Made by a program: the position numbers and the translations under genes | Notes under the pieces: model-generated | What the model was told of the DNA's origin: nothing | What the model saw: the letters and a program-made list of their open reading frames with translations, nothing else | Databases searched by the model: none | In this document: positions 51,129 through 61,936 of the stretch, piece after piece | How the letters are laid out: each line of letters starts with the position of its first letter | Position numbering within the stretch: the first letter of the stretch is position 1 | Source of the DNA: Abditibacteriaceae bacterium | GTDB taxonomy: Bacteria > Armatimonadota > Abditibacteriia > Abditibacteriales > Abditibacteriaceae | DNA: 64,000 bases | Assembly: GCA_965277285.1 (NCBI GenBank) | Contig: OZ255721.1 | Location: 512,001-576,000, forward strand | Reading direction: 5' to 3'

Positions 51129-54100
51129 TTATCCGCGCGGCCCGTCCATTTCGTCCTCGACTTCCTTGAGTTCCATCACATTGCCGTCTTCGTCCTCGAC
51201 TTCGACTTGCAACGCCAAACTTTGCAGTTCCTTCACCAAAATCTTGAACGATTCCGGCACGCCAGGCTCCAGAACGCTGTCGCCCTTGACAATTGATTCA
51301 TAAGTTTTGACGCGTCCGGCCACGTCATCCGACTTGATGGTCAGAATCTCTTGCAGCGTGTGCGCCGCGCCATAAGCTTCCAGCGCCCACACTTCCATTT
51401 CGCCGAAACGCTGACCGCCGAACTGCGCTTTGCCGCCCAAAGGCTGCTGCGTGACCAACGAGTACGGGCCAGTCGAGCGCGCGTGGATTTTGTCTTCGAC
51501 AAGGTGATGCAACTTCATCATGTAAACCTGGCCGATAGCGACCGGCTGCTGAAACGCTTCGCCGGTTCGTCCATCGCGCAATACGCATTTGCCGGTTTCC
51601 GGGTCGTAACCAGTTCGCGTCATCGTAATATCGCGTACTCGTTGCGCGATCAGGTCGGCTTTGCGATTTTTGTCGCTGCGCCCGAACTCCTCGCTCGGCG
51701 TGCCGGTTTGCTCGCCCAACTCGTTCAACTGCTCGTCGTCCAGCTTGCTCAAAACATCGGTCAACTGGCGCGAAATCGTGTCCAGTTCCGCCGTTTCGTC
51801 GGCTTCAACGTTCAAGTTCATCTCGGTCGAAATGTAGTTAAGCATCGTCGTCGCGCGAAGCTGTTCGGCCACGCGTCGCATTCCATCATACAATTCCGGT
51901 TCGCGCGCGCCGTCGAAAATCGGGTTCTCGAACTCGGTTCCGAAATGCTTGCCGATCATGCCCAAGTGCATTTCCAAAATCTGCCCGATGTTCATGCGCG
52001 AAGGCACGCCCAGCGGATTCAAAATGATGTCGATTGGCGTTCCGTCCGGCAAATACGGCATATCGGCTTCGGGCAAAATCGTCGAAACAACGCCCTTGTT
52101 TCCGTGACGCCCAGCCATCTTGTCGCCCGCCATAATCTTGCGCTTTTGCGCCACATAAACGCGCACCATCTGGTTGGTTCCGGCGCGCAATTCATCGCCC
52201 GGCTGCTTGTCCAAAGGCCCGCCCGTGACCGGACATTCCGGTCGTTCGGGATCATTGACGAAGCTGAAGGTCGCTTCGCGTTGCGCGCGGTCTTCGCCGT
52301 AACCTTCGCGGCGCAATTTGTCGAACAACTGGCGCGAAAAGTATTTGTTGCGCGCGAAAATCTGCACTGCGACAACCGTTCCCTTTTCGCCGTGTGGCAT
52401 CCGCAAGGACGCATCGCGCGATTCTTCGGCTTTCTTACCGAAAATCGCAATGACCAGGCGCTCTTCCGCTGACAGTTCGCCTTGAGACTTGGGCGCGATT
52501 TTGCCGGAGAGAATATCCTGCGGCAAGACTTCAGCGCCAACGCGGATGATGCCGTTTTCGTCTAAATTCTTCAACTGGTCTTCGCCGATGTTGGGAATAT
52601 CGCGCGTGATTTCTTCAGGCCCCAACTTGGTATCGCGCGCTTCCACTTCGTATTTCTCGATGTGAACGCTGGTCAGCGCATCTTCTTTCGAGACACGCTC
52701 GGAAAGAATAATCGCGTCTTCGTAGTTGTAGCCTTCCCACAACGAGAACGCGACCGTCATATTGCGACCCAAAGCCAGTTCGCCGTTCTTGGTCGCCGGG
52801 CCATCGGCAATCGCTTGTCCCGCGAGTACTCGATCGCCCTTGGAAACAATCGGTTTCTGGTGAATACATGTCGCCTGGTTGCTGCGAACGAACGTGCGCA
52901 AAGGATGATAAAACTCTTCGCCGTCATAGCTTTTGACCGCGATTCCCTTCGCCGTCACATCCGTAACAACGCCGTCCACATCCGAAGTCACAGCCGCGCC
53001 GCTGTCCAACGCGCCACGCTTCTCGACGCCGGTTTTTACCAACGGCACTTGCGGACGAATCAGCGGCACCGCCTGGCGCTGCATGTTGGAACCCATCAAA
53101 GCGCGGTTGGCGTCGTCGTTTTCCAGGAACGGAATCATCGCGGTCGCAACCGAAAACACTTGCAACGGCGACAAATCCATAAAATCGACTTCCAACGGTG
53201 GAACTTGCGGGTGACTGGTCGCGCGGCGCGATTGCACCAATTCATCGGTCAACGTTCCGTCTTCGGCCACGCCGCCGGACGCGCTGGCGATTGTCGCGTG
53301 CTCTTCGTCGTCTGCCGACAAATACATGATTTCGCTGGTCACTTTGCCATCTTTAACCACGCGATAAGGCGTCAGCAAAAACCCGTATTCATCAATGCGC
53401 GCGTGTGTCGCCAACGAACCAATCAAGCCGATGTTCGGGCCTTCCGGCGTTTCAATCGGGCAAATGCGACCATAGTGTGAATGGTGAACGTCGCGCACTT
53501 CCAACTTGGCGCTCTGACGAGACAAACCGCCCGGCCCAAGAACCGAAAGACGACGCTTGTGCGCCAATTCCGCCAGCGGATTCGTTTGATCCATGAACTG
53601 CGACAACTGGCCGCTACCGAAGAACGAACGAACAGCTGCGGTAATCGGCTTGATCGAAATCACGGCTTGCGCGGTCACGCTTTCACGATCCAGCGATGTC
53701 AAACGCTCACGTGCCACGCGTTCCATGCGCAACATTCCGGCGCGCAACTGGTTTTGCAAGAGTTCGCCGACAGCGCGCACGCGCTTGTTACGCAAGTGGT
53801 CGATGTCGTCCGTTGAGTAACCGCCTTCAGCGCCTTTGTCCAACTCGATCAAGTACTTGATGGCGAAAACAAGGTCGTCCAACGTCAAGGTATGAACTTT
53901 GTCCGGCACATTGCCGCTGATTTTCTTGTTCAACTTGTAGCGGCCAACGCGTCCCATGTCGTAACGCTTCGGGTCGAAGAAGAACGAATTGAGCAGCGAA
54001 CGCGCGCTTTCCTGCGTCGGCGGATCGCCAGGTCGCAAGTTCTTGTGCACTTCGGACAACGCCATCATTTCCATCGTCGTCGAATCTTCTTCGCGCCCGC

Positions 54101-55346
54101 GCTCTTCCTTCACCTTATCGAGTACTAAAGCGCCGGTCATAATCGCCGGCATACGATAAACGTCAATGGTCGAAGGATTGACACGCAAAATCTTTTCGAT
54201 GGTTTCGGCATCAATGTGCGAAAACGCTTTGGACAACGGCTTTTTGGCGTCGGGATCGAGCAAATCGGCGGCGAGGAACAAGTTGTAATCGAGTTCGCCT
54301 TGCGTCGTGCCCGGCTCGGAAAAGTTTTCCGCCGCGATGTCTGTGATCGTTTCGCGCGTGCCAAAAATGTCCAAAATCTGGCGCGATGTGGCGCACTGCA
54401 AGCGCTGCGCAGCGACTTCGATTTCGGGATTGTCGCGCAGTTTCTTGATGCGCGCCAGCAAATCGTCGTCGATAACGTCGCCTTCTTCGGCCACCATTTC
54501 GCCCGTCGCGTAGTCGATCAACTGCTCTGCGAGTACTCGATTCGCCAGCTTGGGGTCGGTCGGCGCCAAGCGCTCAGTTTTCGCCGCGTGCGGCTGCGCC
54601 ACGTCCATGCCGGAAAAGGCGCGCAACAGCGTCGTGATCGGCATTCGCTTCGATTGACCGATTTTGACGCCCAGCATCACGGAAATGTCTTTGTGCGCCG
54701 CTTCTTCGCCGACTTCGGCATCGACCCAGGCGCCTTCGTGCGGAATGATCTGCATCTGCAACAAACGACGACCCGAATAAGCGATTTCTTCTTTGAAGTA
54801 AGCGCCCGGCGAACGCGACAACTGCGACACCACGACACGCTCGGCGCCGTTGATGATGAAGGTTCCGCGCTCGCTCATGCAGGGCAATTCGCCCAGATAA
54901 ACTTCGCTTTCCTTCAGTTCGCCGGTTTCCTTGTTGACGACGCGGACTTTGACCTTCATCGGCATTTCATAGGTCAAGTCGCGCTGACGGCATTCGTCCG
55001 GGTCGAACTTGGGTTCGCCCAGAGAATAGTCGAGAAATTCCAGCGACATGGTGCCGGTAAAATCTTCAATCGGCGAAAAGCTGGAAAACAATTCGCGCAA
55101 GCCGGTATTGAGAAACCATTGATAACTTTCCAATTGCATCTCAACCATGTTGGGAATCGAGACGCCTTCGATGGAATGCGTGAGCGCGCGCCTTTGCGCG
55201 GTTTGCACCAGCGTCGAGCGCAAAATCGGGCGACCGGCGCCAATCGTCGCCAGACCGCCGACGCGATACGCTTCATCGAAAAGATTGGCGCCATTGGCCT
55301 TGCCGTTGGTGCCGTTTGAACCATTGGTCGTTGCGGAACGAGCCAT
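51129..55346 (-). CDS. rpoB: RNA polymerase beta subunit
   Basis: [38 protein letters not shown]. Confidence 0.99.
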   Translation of the reverse strand: MARSATTNGSNGTNGKANGANLFDEAYRVGGLATIGAGRPILRSTLVQTAQRRALTHSIEGVSIPNMVEMQLESYQWFLNTGLRELFSSFSPIEDFTGTMSLEFLDYSLGEPKFDPDECRQRDLTYEMPMKVKVRVVNKETGELKESEVYLGELPCMSERGTFIINGAERVVVSQLSRSPGAYFKEEIAYSGRRLLQMQIIPHEGAWVDAEVGEEAAHKDISVMLGVKIGQSKRMPITTLLRAFSGMDVAQPHAAKTERLAPTDPKLANRVLAEQLIDYATGEMVAEEGDVIDDDLLARIKKLRDNPEIEVAAQRLQCATSRQILDIFGTRETITDIAAENFSEPGTTQGELDYNLFLAADLLDPDAKKPLSKAFSHIDAETIEKILRVNPSTIDVYRMPAIMTGALVLDKVKEERGREEDSTTMEMMALSEVHKNLRPGDPPTQESARSLLNSFFFDPKRYDMGRVGRYKLNKKISGNVPDKVHTLTLDDLVFAIKYLIELDKGAEGGYSTDDIDHLRNKRVRAVGELLQNQLRAGMLRMERVARERLTSLDRESVTAQAVISIKPITAAVRSFFGSGQLSQFMDQTNPLAELAHKRRLSVLGPGGLSRQSAKLEVRDVHHSHYGRICPIETPEGPNIGLIGSLATHARIDEYGFLLTPYRVVKDGKVTSEIMYLSADDEEHATIASASGGVAEDGTLTDELVQSRRATSHPQVPPLEVDFMDLSPLQVFSVATAMIPFLENDDANRALMGSNMQRQAVPLIRPQVPLVKTGVEKRGALDSGAAVTSDVDGVVTDVTAKGIAVKSYDGEEFYHPLRTFVRSNQATCIHQKPIVSKGDRVLAGQAIADGPATKNGELALGRNMTVAFSLWEGYNYEDAIILSERVSKEDALTSVHIEKYEVEARDTKLGPEEITRDIPNIGEDQLKNLDENGIIRVGAEVLPQDILSGKIAPKSQGELSAEERLVIAIFGKKAEESRDASLRMPHGEKGTVVAVQIFARNKYFSRQLFDKLRREGYGEDRAQREATFSFVNDPERPECPVTGGPLDKQPGDELRAGTNQMVRVYVAQKRKIMAGDKMAGRHGNKGVVSTILPEADMPYLPDGTPIDIILNPLGVPSRMNIGQILEMHLGMIGKHFGTEFENPIFDGAREPELYDGMRRVAEQLRATTMLNYISTEMNLNVEADETAELDTISRQLTDVLSKLDDEQLNELGEQTGTPSEEFGRSDKNRKADLIAQRVRDITMTRTGYDPETGKCVLRDGRTGEAFQQPVAIGQVYMMKLHHLVEDKIHARSTGPYSLVTQQPLGGKAQFGGQRFGEMEVWALEAYGAAHTLQEILTIKSDDVAGRVKTYESIVKGDSVLEPGVPESFKILVKELQSLALQVEVEDEDGNVMELKEVEDEMDGPRG

Positions 55347-55721
55347 AAAAAAGTCTCCTGTCAGAAATCAAAGACGAAGCAAGGACAAACCGAACCCGCG
55401 CGAAAACACCGCCATCGAGTACTCGATTCGTCAAAAATCTATGAAATTGGGTGCGACAATGAAAAATGGGACAAGTGAGAGTGCGGCGAAAAACTGCCGC
55501 GAACATCGAGAAAAGTCAAAGCGTTGCGCAGCGCGCCAACGTAGCAAAGAGGAGTGCCGAAAAAAAACGGTTTCAATAAAAGCACAAGTGAGTATTTTAC
55601 TTGATGGCGAAAATGGATGCAAGGGCTGTTTTATAAATCTTTTTGCGGAGCATTAACTTCGGCCTCAGTCGCCCAAGTTTGAAGATTGCATTTCGAGCAA
55701 GAATCTCCTAACAGAAGAAAA

Positions 55722-56150
55722 TTATAAAACTTCTTGCCGCATCGAGGACAATGAAACGTGCAAATGACAGCGCTCCGTATTGCGAGAACAAGTAGGAAGT
55801 GTCGGCAGAAACAAAATCGGCGTAATCTGATGAGGTAGCGAAAAACGACTTTCTAATTTCAACGCGAGCCATACATTCAGGAACATAATAGCGAAAGCTG
55901 CCGTGCCACCAGCCGCCATATACCATTTCAACTTGTCCCAAGATTTTGCTGCACTTTCAAAACGTTGAGCCGACCAACGGAGTTTCCATGCAATCGGCAA
56001 CCAGCAAACAGCCATTGATGCACATATCAGAAAAACTGCCGAACCGTGTGGATTATGTAACCCATTCTCAGCAAAAAAGGAAAGATATAAAGGTGTGACA
56101 GCAATGCCACTCCACAAACAAAGTTTTAACGCACGTTGAACACGTTTCAT
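55722..56150 (-). CDS. Hypothetical membrane protein (lower GC)
   Basis: About four hydrophobic segments; possibly degenerate at 3' end. Confidence 0.5.
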   Translation of the reverse strand: MKRVQRALKLCLWSGIAVTPLYLSFFAENGLHNPHGSAVFLICASMAVCWLPIAWKLRWSAQRFESAAKSWDKLKWYMAAGGTAAFAIMFLNVWLALKLESRFSLPHQITPILFLPTLPTCSRNTERCHLHVSLSSMRQEVL

Positions 56151-56461
56151 AATTTTACGTATCGCAAGCCGCTTCTAAAACTTCGACCGCGCGATTGTGG
56201 CGCAATTTTCATTTTGCTGTCGCCGTTCAAATCCCACACGCCCGCAATGGTGAAAACATCGGGCGCGTTGAAATCCTTATTTTCGGTGAAGTGTTCTTCA
56301 TCCAGCATTTGCGTGACGACTTTGCCGCCGACGACTTTGCGCAAAAACACCAACGAGTACTCGTTGGCCAGCGAACGCGGACTGATGCTGCCAAGCTGAC
56401 CGTTGTAACCTTTGTGATTGGTCGCGCTTATTAACACTTCCTGGCTGCCGGCGCCGTCCAA
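56147..56461 (-). pseudogene. Probable gene fragment
   Basis: Protein-like core (D..G..EVLI...WDLNGD) lacking a clear start or RBS. Confidence 0.35.
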
Positions 56462-56547
56462 ATCGACGCGCGAAAGCAGCGTGATTTTTCACGTTTGGTT
56501 TGATTGGGTATCACTTTTTTCTGTACCTTGACGTCATTCAAAGCGAG

Positions 56548-57222
56548 TTAAATGTTCGGGATTTGCCAGTTGATCTCGCCGCGTCCGGCTTCTTTGAGAG
56601 CGGCATTGGTTTTGGAAAAAGGCGCGCTACCGAAAAAGCCACCCTCGGCGGAAAGCGGCGAAGGATGTACCGATTTCAAAATGACGTGTTTTGAAGTATC
56701 AATCAACGCTTCTTTTTTGCCCGCATAAGCGCCCCACAAAATGAAAACAACGCGTTCGTCTTTGTCGTTGACATGGCGAATAATCGCGTCGGTAAACTTC
56801 TCCCATCCTTTGCCTTTGTGCGAATTAGCCTGACCTTGCCGAACCGTCAAAACCGCGTTGACCAACAAAACGCCTTGCGCTGCCCACGGCACCAGATAAC
56901 CATTGTTCGGCATCGGGTAACCGAATTCGTTGCGCAATTCCTTGAAGATATTGAGCAAAGATGGCGGCTTGGTTACGCCGGGACGAACCGAAAACGCCAG
57001 CCCGTGCCCTTGTCCCGCGCCGTGATACGGGTCTTGTCCCAAAATGAGTACTCGAACTTGGTCGAGCGGCGTCAATTCGAGAGCGGAAAACACTTCTTCT
57101 TCGGGCGGAAAAATAGTCTGCGTGCGCCGCTCTTCATCGACAAACGCTTCGAGTTTTTGAAAGTAGGGCAGTGCGCGCTCGCTTTCGAGAACGTTCCAGC
57201 CATCAGGAATCGGTGGAATCAT
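56548..57222 (-). CDS. ung: Uracil-DNA glycosylase
   Basis: ILGQDPYHG, GLAFSV, PPSL.NI, HPSPLS. Confidence 0.97.
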   Translation of the reverse strand: MIPPIPDGWNVLESERALPYFQKLEAFVDEERRTQTIFPPEEEVFSALELTPLDQVRVLILGQDPYHGAGQGHGLAFSVRPGVTKPPSLLNIFKELRNEFGYPMPNNGYLVPWAAQGVLLVNAVLTVRQGQANSHKGKGWEKFTDAIIRHVNDKDERVVFILWGAYAGKKEALIDTSKHVILKSVHPSPLSAEGGFFGSAPFSKTNAALKEAGRGEINWQIPNI

Positions 57223-57385
57223 CGAGAAACCTCTTTTGTTTGATTTTGTAGCAGCCGATTGCACGGAAATGCGCTGTAACGCCGAATCAAGTACTCGATT
57301 CCTTAAATTGCGAAGATGAAGGCGGCAGGCGATGAAAGACGCGGCAAACTTCAGATTTCGCCGCGCCTTTCTTATTGATCTGTTC

Positions 57386-59875
57386 TTATTGCAAAGGCAC
57401 TTCCGCTGAGAACGCCAATTCAGGGTCGCCGCGCCGCGCCATCGTTTCGCAAAGAGTTTTCAAGCGCGGCACGACTTTGATCTGCGATTTTTGATCGTTG
57501 ACCTCAAGCGTGATAGGACGGGAAAAATCGACCATGCGCGCGTCCAGCAGAAGGTCACCCAGCGCGCCGTTTGTCGTAGTGATCGTGATGCTGTTGCCCT
57601 TGCGAGTGGCGTCAATTTCATGTTGCTTGGCGGGATTGGTTGACGAAAGCCAGAAGAAATCGTGGATGACGCCATCGGTTTGTAGCCAGGTGATTTCGTT
57701 CGGAATCGGGTTGCGCGAATACTGATACATCTCGACAATTTTGTCACGGTCGTTCAGGTTGCTGTGCTCAAATCCCATCATCACGTCAACGCGCACCGGA
57801 TAAATATCGGTACGGTCGCCGCGCAATGCTTTGACTTCGGCATCGAACTTTTGATCGCGCGTCAGGCGGTCGTACATAGTATCTTTTTCGCCGACCATCG
57901 CGGTGAAGACCGTTGAGCGCAGCGTTTTGGCTGTGGTTTCGCCGTCGGTGGGCGCGCCCGCCGAAGCGTGAATAGCGGCAAAGTGATCGGGCATTTTGGG
58001 GCCGATGGCGAAAGCGCCGTAACCGCCGTGCGAATAGCCCATGATATACACCTTGTTGGGGTCGATGTCTCCGAACAAGTTGAAATTGCTGGTCAAGTTG
58101 CCGATGAGCGGATACACATAATCGTCGTAAAACCCGTTCCAGGTGTCGTTGGGCGCGCGCAACGCCAGATACTTGTAACCGCCCAATTCGGGATGATCTT
58201 TGTAGTGGGTTTGCATTATCTGCCACTGTGAATCATTGACTTCCTTGGCCGTGCCGCCGCCGCCGTGCATCGCAATGAAAAGTGGCCAGCCATTGGCCGG
58301 ACGTTCGCCCACTGTTCTCACCACATAAGGGCTTTCGTAGGTTTGAAAGCGGACGCGGTTGGCGTCGAAATCGGCTTTGGCCGCAGTGTGCGAGGCGTTC
58401 TTCCAGGCGTTCCACACCGCCGCGCGCACGCCCGATTCGTTGGACAACAAAAGCGCATCAAGTGATTTGGGGAAGATGAAGATCGTGCGCAGTTCGGGGG
58501 ACAAGGCGAAGTATCTGGCAGCCTTTTCCTCAACTTGCTTTTCTTGCGATGCGCTCAACGGTTTCACGACAGGTTTCGAGTACTCGATAAGCGCAAAGCG
58601 CGCGGCAATTGGAGCCGGAGTTGCGGCTGCAACTGGAATTCCACCGAAACTCGGCGCCAACTTCGTCTCGGGTTGGTCGCCCGTTTCAAAGGGCACGCGC
58701 GCTTTGATTCCACCAAGTCCAGCGAAGTCAAAAACTGCTGTTCCTTTGCTGTTGCGTGGCGCTTCGACTGAAAAGAAACTGTTCATATCGGCGCTTTCGC
58801 CTTTGGTGATGCCGCGCCCAATTTCCTGACCGTCGGCATTCAGAATGACAACGGGAACTTCCATGCGCTTGCCCGTGGCGTCCAGCATTTGCACCAGCAG
58901 GCGCGTGGTTTTTTCGGCGTCCTCGACGATGAGCGGCCCGGCTTTGGCGTAGCGCGTCGTGACATTGAGGGCGTTGACCGAGCGATCTTCGGGCGCCCAG
59001 ATCAAGGGAAAAGCGATACCCGTTTTCTGCCAGGACGAGGCATAGATGGAGTTGGCCGCGACATCAGCGCGCGCCTGCGCCGCATCGTCGACGAACCAGG
59101 CGTGATCCAAGCCTTGAGAATCGGGTTCGGCAGCGCCCACAAAATGCCAGCCGTTGTCCCACACTTCCACCCAGGTATGATTGCCGCGACCATTCGCCCA
59201 CATCGGCGTTCCCGCGACGCGAGCCGGAACGCCGACCGCGCGACAAGCCGAAGCCAACAAAATCGACAATCCCGAACAGGAAGCCAGACCTGAAGCCATG
59301 CACTCGGTAGTGTTCTGATTCGGCTTTTCGCGCGCCGTCGAGTACTTCACTTTCACCAGAGCAAACAGTTTTTGGTTGATCATCTGCGCCGCTTCGCCCG
59401 GCGTTTTGCTGCCTGCAATGAGAGGCAAAGTCAGGCGCCGCAGCATGGCGCGCGAGTCGTCACGTTGCTCGTTCAAAAAGGCATACGGCAGCACGTTGTT
59501 GAGAAAAATGTCGTCGGGAATTTGTGCTTTCCACGGAGCGGTTTGGCGCGCTTGAAAAGCCAGCGCAACGTTCTCCAGCAAATATTTGGCGTGCAGCGAT
59601 TGCAGGTCGCTTTTCGGCATATTCTCGATGAGAAAGCGCATCGCCCCGCGTTGCATTCGAGGCACAGAGCGCAGCGCCTTGACAAGTTCGGCGCGGTTGT
59701 TTCCAGCCTGCCGCAAAGCCATCGCTGTGGAAGCAGGGCACCAGGCAGCAGAACAGGCGGCAGAAGTCGAAGCAGAAGTTCTGGACATGGTGGAAGGGTT
59801 TGCGTGCGATGCGCCCGTTGGAGACGCCACAGTCAAAGGCGCTATTGCAAAAGCGGCGAAAAGAGGTGAAATCAT
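57386..59875 (-). CDS. Secreted transglutaminase-like + alpha/beta-hydrolase fusion protein
   Basis: ASCSGLSIL...VGVPARV...NHTWVEVW; MHGGGG, GYSHGG nucleophile elbow. Confidence 0.75.
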   Translation of the reverse strand: MISPLFAAFAIAPLTVASPTGASHANPSTMSRTSASTSAACSAAWCPASTAMALRQAGNNRAELVKALRSVPRMQRGAMRFLIENMPKSDLQSLHAKYLLENVALAFQARQTAPWKAQIPDDIFLNNVLPYAFLNEQRDDSRAMLRRLTLPLIAGSKTPGEAAQMINQKLFALVKVKYSTAREKPNQNTTECMASGLASCSGLSILLASACRAVGVPARVAGTPMWANGRGNHTWVEVWDNGWHFVGAAEPDSQGLDHAWFVDDAAQARADVAANSIYASSWQKTGIAFPLIWAPEDRSVNALNVTTRYAKAGPLIVEDAEKTTRLLVQMLDATGKRMEVPVVILNADGQEIGRGITKGESADMNSFFSVEAPRNSKGTAVFDFAGLGGIKARVPFETGDQPETKLAPSFGGIPVAAATPAPIAARFALIEYSKPVVKPLSASQEKQVEEKAARYFALSPELRTIFIFPKSLDALLLSNESGVRAAVWNAWKNASHTAAKADFDANRVRFQTYESPYVVRTVGERPANGWPLFIAMHGGGGTAKEVNDSQWQIMQTHYKDHPELGGYKYLALRAPNDTWNGFYDDYVYPLIGNLTSNFNLFGDIDPNKVYIMGYSHGGYGAFAIGPKMPDHFAAIHASAGAPTDGETTAKTLRSTVFTAMVGEKDTMYDRLTRDQKFDAEVKALRGDRTDIYPVRVDVMMGFEHSNLNDRDKIVEMYQYSRNPIPNEITWLQTDGVIHDFFWLSSTNPAKQHEIDATRKGNSITITTTNGALGDLLLDARMVDFSRPITLEVNDQKSQIKVVPRLKTLCETMARRGDPELAFSAEVPLQ

Positions 59876-60084
59876 AAAAAAGCCAGCCCTCGAAGATTTT
59901 CCTGCTTGACAAACAGCGACACCTTCAGCAAGTCCTTTCAGTATAATCGGCGCCACAAACAAAGACGCTGAGCATCGTCCTTTGGCAAAGCAGAAAAGTG
60001 CGCCGCGCTGTGAGACAATAAACCTTTTTGGCAGGCGCTTGATAAGAAGCGATAACGGGTTGCAATTGCAACCTGCACCACTGA

Positions 60085-61551
60085 TTACATACAAGGTTCA
60101 TCGCTTGAGGAACTGCGCAAAATTCTGTTCTCGAATGTCAATTCGTGTGTAAAAAGCGACGAAGAATCTTCGTCGTGATGGCTCACCAACATCAAATGTG
60201 TGCCGCGTCGCGCTGCGTCGTCAAGCAACGTTTTGAAATCGAGTACTGAATCGGCATCCAAACTGTCGAAAGGTTCATCCAACAGCAAAATAGCGGGATC
60301 GTTGACCAGAGCGCGCGCCAGCAAAACCTTGCGCGCTTCGCCGCTCGACATTTGCGTGATGAACTTGTCGCGCAGATTTTCGATGCGGCAAAGTCGCAGG
60401 AGTTCTCGCACTTTGTCACGCTGCGATGGCGACAGTTTGGGCACCACGCCGATGCTCGAAACGAAACCGCTGGCGACGACTTCCCAGCCGCGCACGCTGT
60501 CGCTATAACGTTCCTGCAATTCGGGCGAAACCAAGCCGATGCGCGCCTTCATTTCCCAGATGTCGGCGAACTGCGCATTGTCGAAACGCTCGATGGTGCC
60601 ACCAAAAGCCGGCCATAAATCGCCCGCCAGAAGTTTGAGAAACGTCGATTTTCCACTGCCGTTGCTGCCGCGCACGCGCCAATGTTCGCCTGCGCGCCAC
60701 GTCCAATTGATGTCGTGCAAAATCGGCGCGCCATCGCGGAACACATCAGCGTTTTCGATTTTGACCAGCGTTTGATATTGGTGAAGCTTGCTCGTTTCTC
60801 GATTCGAGTACTCGATTTGCGGCGCGCGCGGTTTGGGCAAATGTAAAACGTCTTCTTTGCGACCTTGCGCGACGATGCGGCCACTTTCGAGCCTGGCGAT
60901 GTGCGAGATCGAAGCAACGATTTCGTCGCGCCGATGGGTTGCCAGCAATAATTGAATGTCGCGCGTGGAAAGTTCTTCCACGAACTGCAACGTTTGCGCG
61001 CGCGAAACCGCATCCAAACCACTGCAAAACTCATCGAGAATCAGAACTTTGGGGCGCTTGATCAGGGCACGAGCGATCAGCAGTTTTCGCAATTCGCCAT
61101 GCGACAAGGTGTTGATGTCGCGCGACATCAAATCTTCAATGCGCAGCTCGCGCGATAAAGTTTCAGCTTGCTCGATTTGTTCTGGTGTTGGTTGTTGGTG
61201 CAATAATTCGCTGCCGAAAAAGCCGGATAAAACGACTTCGCGCCCGACCAGTTTCCATTCCTGGCGGCGATATTTTTCGTGTTGCGCACCGGAAACCCGG
61301 GTGATGTTTTCGCGCGCGCGCAACGGCGAAAAAGTTTCCGCACCGTCGAAACGATAGCGCCGCGAACCTTGAGCGTAATGCGGCCAGAGATCGCCGCGAA
61401 TCAGTTTGAGCAGCGTGCTTTTTCCGGCGCCATTGCCGCCCAGAAACGCCCAGTTTTCGCCGGAATGCAGTTGCCAGCAAACGTTTTGCAGAACAGGCTG
61501 GCCTTGCAAAAGGACATCGCACTTATCGAGTTCAACGATGGGTTTGGTCAC
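60085..61551 (-). CDS. ABC ATP-binding protein with two NBDs (ModF-like)
   Basis: GGNGAGKST/LSHGE/LDE and GSNGSGKST/MSSGE/LDEP. Confidence 0.88.
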   Translation of the reverse strand: MTKPIVELDKCDVLLQGQPVLQNVCWQLHSGENWAFLGGNGAGKSTLLKLIRGDLWPHYAQGSRRYRFDGAETFSPLRARENITRVSGAQHEKYRRQEWKLVGREVVLSGFFGSELLHQQPTPEQIEQAETLSRELRIEDLMSRDINTLSHGELRKLLIARALIKRPKVLILDEFCSGLDAVSRAQTLQFVEELSTRDIQLLLATHRRDEIVASISHIARLESGRIVAQGRKEDVLHLPKPRAPQIEYSNRETSKLHQYQTLVKIENADVFRDGAPILHDINWTWRAGEHWRVRGSNGSGKSTFLKLLAGDLWPAFGGTIERFDNAQFADIWEMKARIGLVSPELQERYSDSVRGWEVVASGFVSSIGVVPKLSPSQRDKVRELLRLCRIENLRDKFITQMSSGEARKVLLARALVNDPAILLLDEPFDSLDADSVLDFKTLLDDAARRGTHLMLVSHHDEDSSSLFTHELTFENRILRSSSSDEPCM

Positions 61552-61936
61552 AATAAAATGAAAGAATGAAAGATGGCGGAGTCACGATTGGAATGCACGG
61601 CGTTTTCTCCATTTTAGCAATTCCTGACGGAAATCGTTCCACCAACTGCAGGCGCCATCGGCACAATTTACGAGGCAGGAGGAAGTTGCGTCGCGCGACG
61701 AATGAGGGCGATAAGCGAGACTTGCTTCCTTTCGCTTCTACAAGGCGAACGCGTTTGTCATACTTGCACCCACTTCTGACCGCTGAAATCCTCACTTTTT
61801 CTTAGCGCCCGCATTATCCATTGAGAAATTGCTTTGGCTCTTCCAGAACTCTCTTCGAGTACTCGATATTGCGTCCTCGAAAGATTATTGAACGCCTCAA
61901 ACTTTGGCTCGGTTTCGTCACAACATTTTTACCGCG

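Noticed and set aside
46374..55319. Long plus-strand ORFs antisense to rpoB/rpoC, and similar ones opposite kdpAB
   Set aside because: These are shadow ORFs caused by codon bias in GC-rich genes, with no motifs.
59880..60084. sRNA or riboswitch with TTGACA/TATAAT on the plus strand
   Set aside because: The box spacing is far greater than 17 bp and there is no recognisable RNA consensus.
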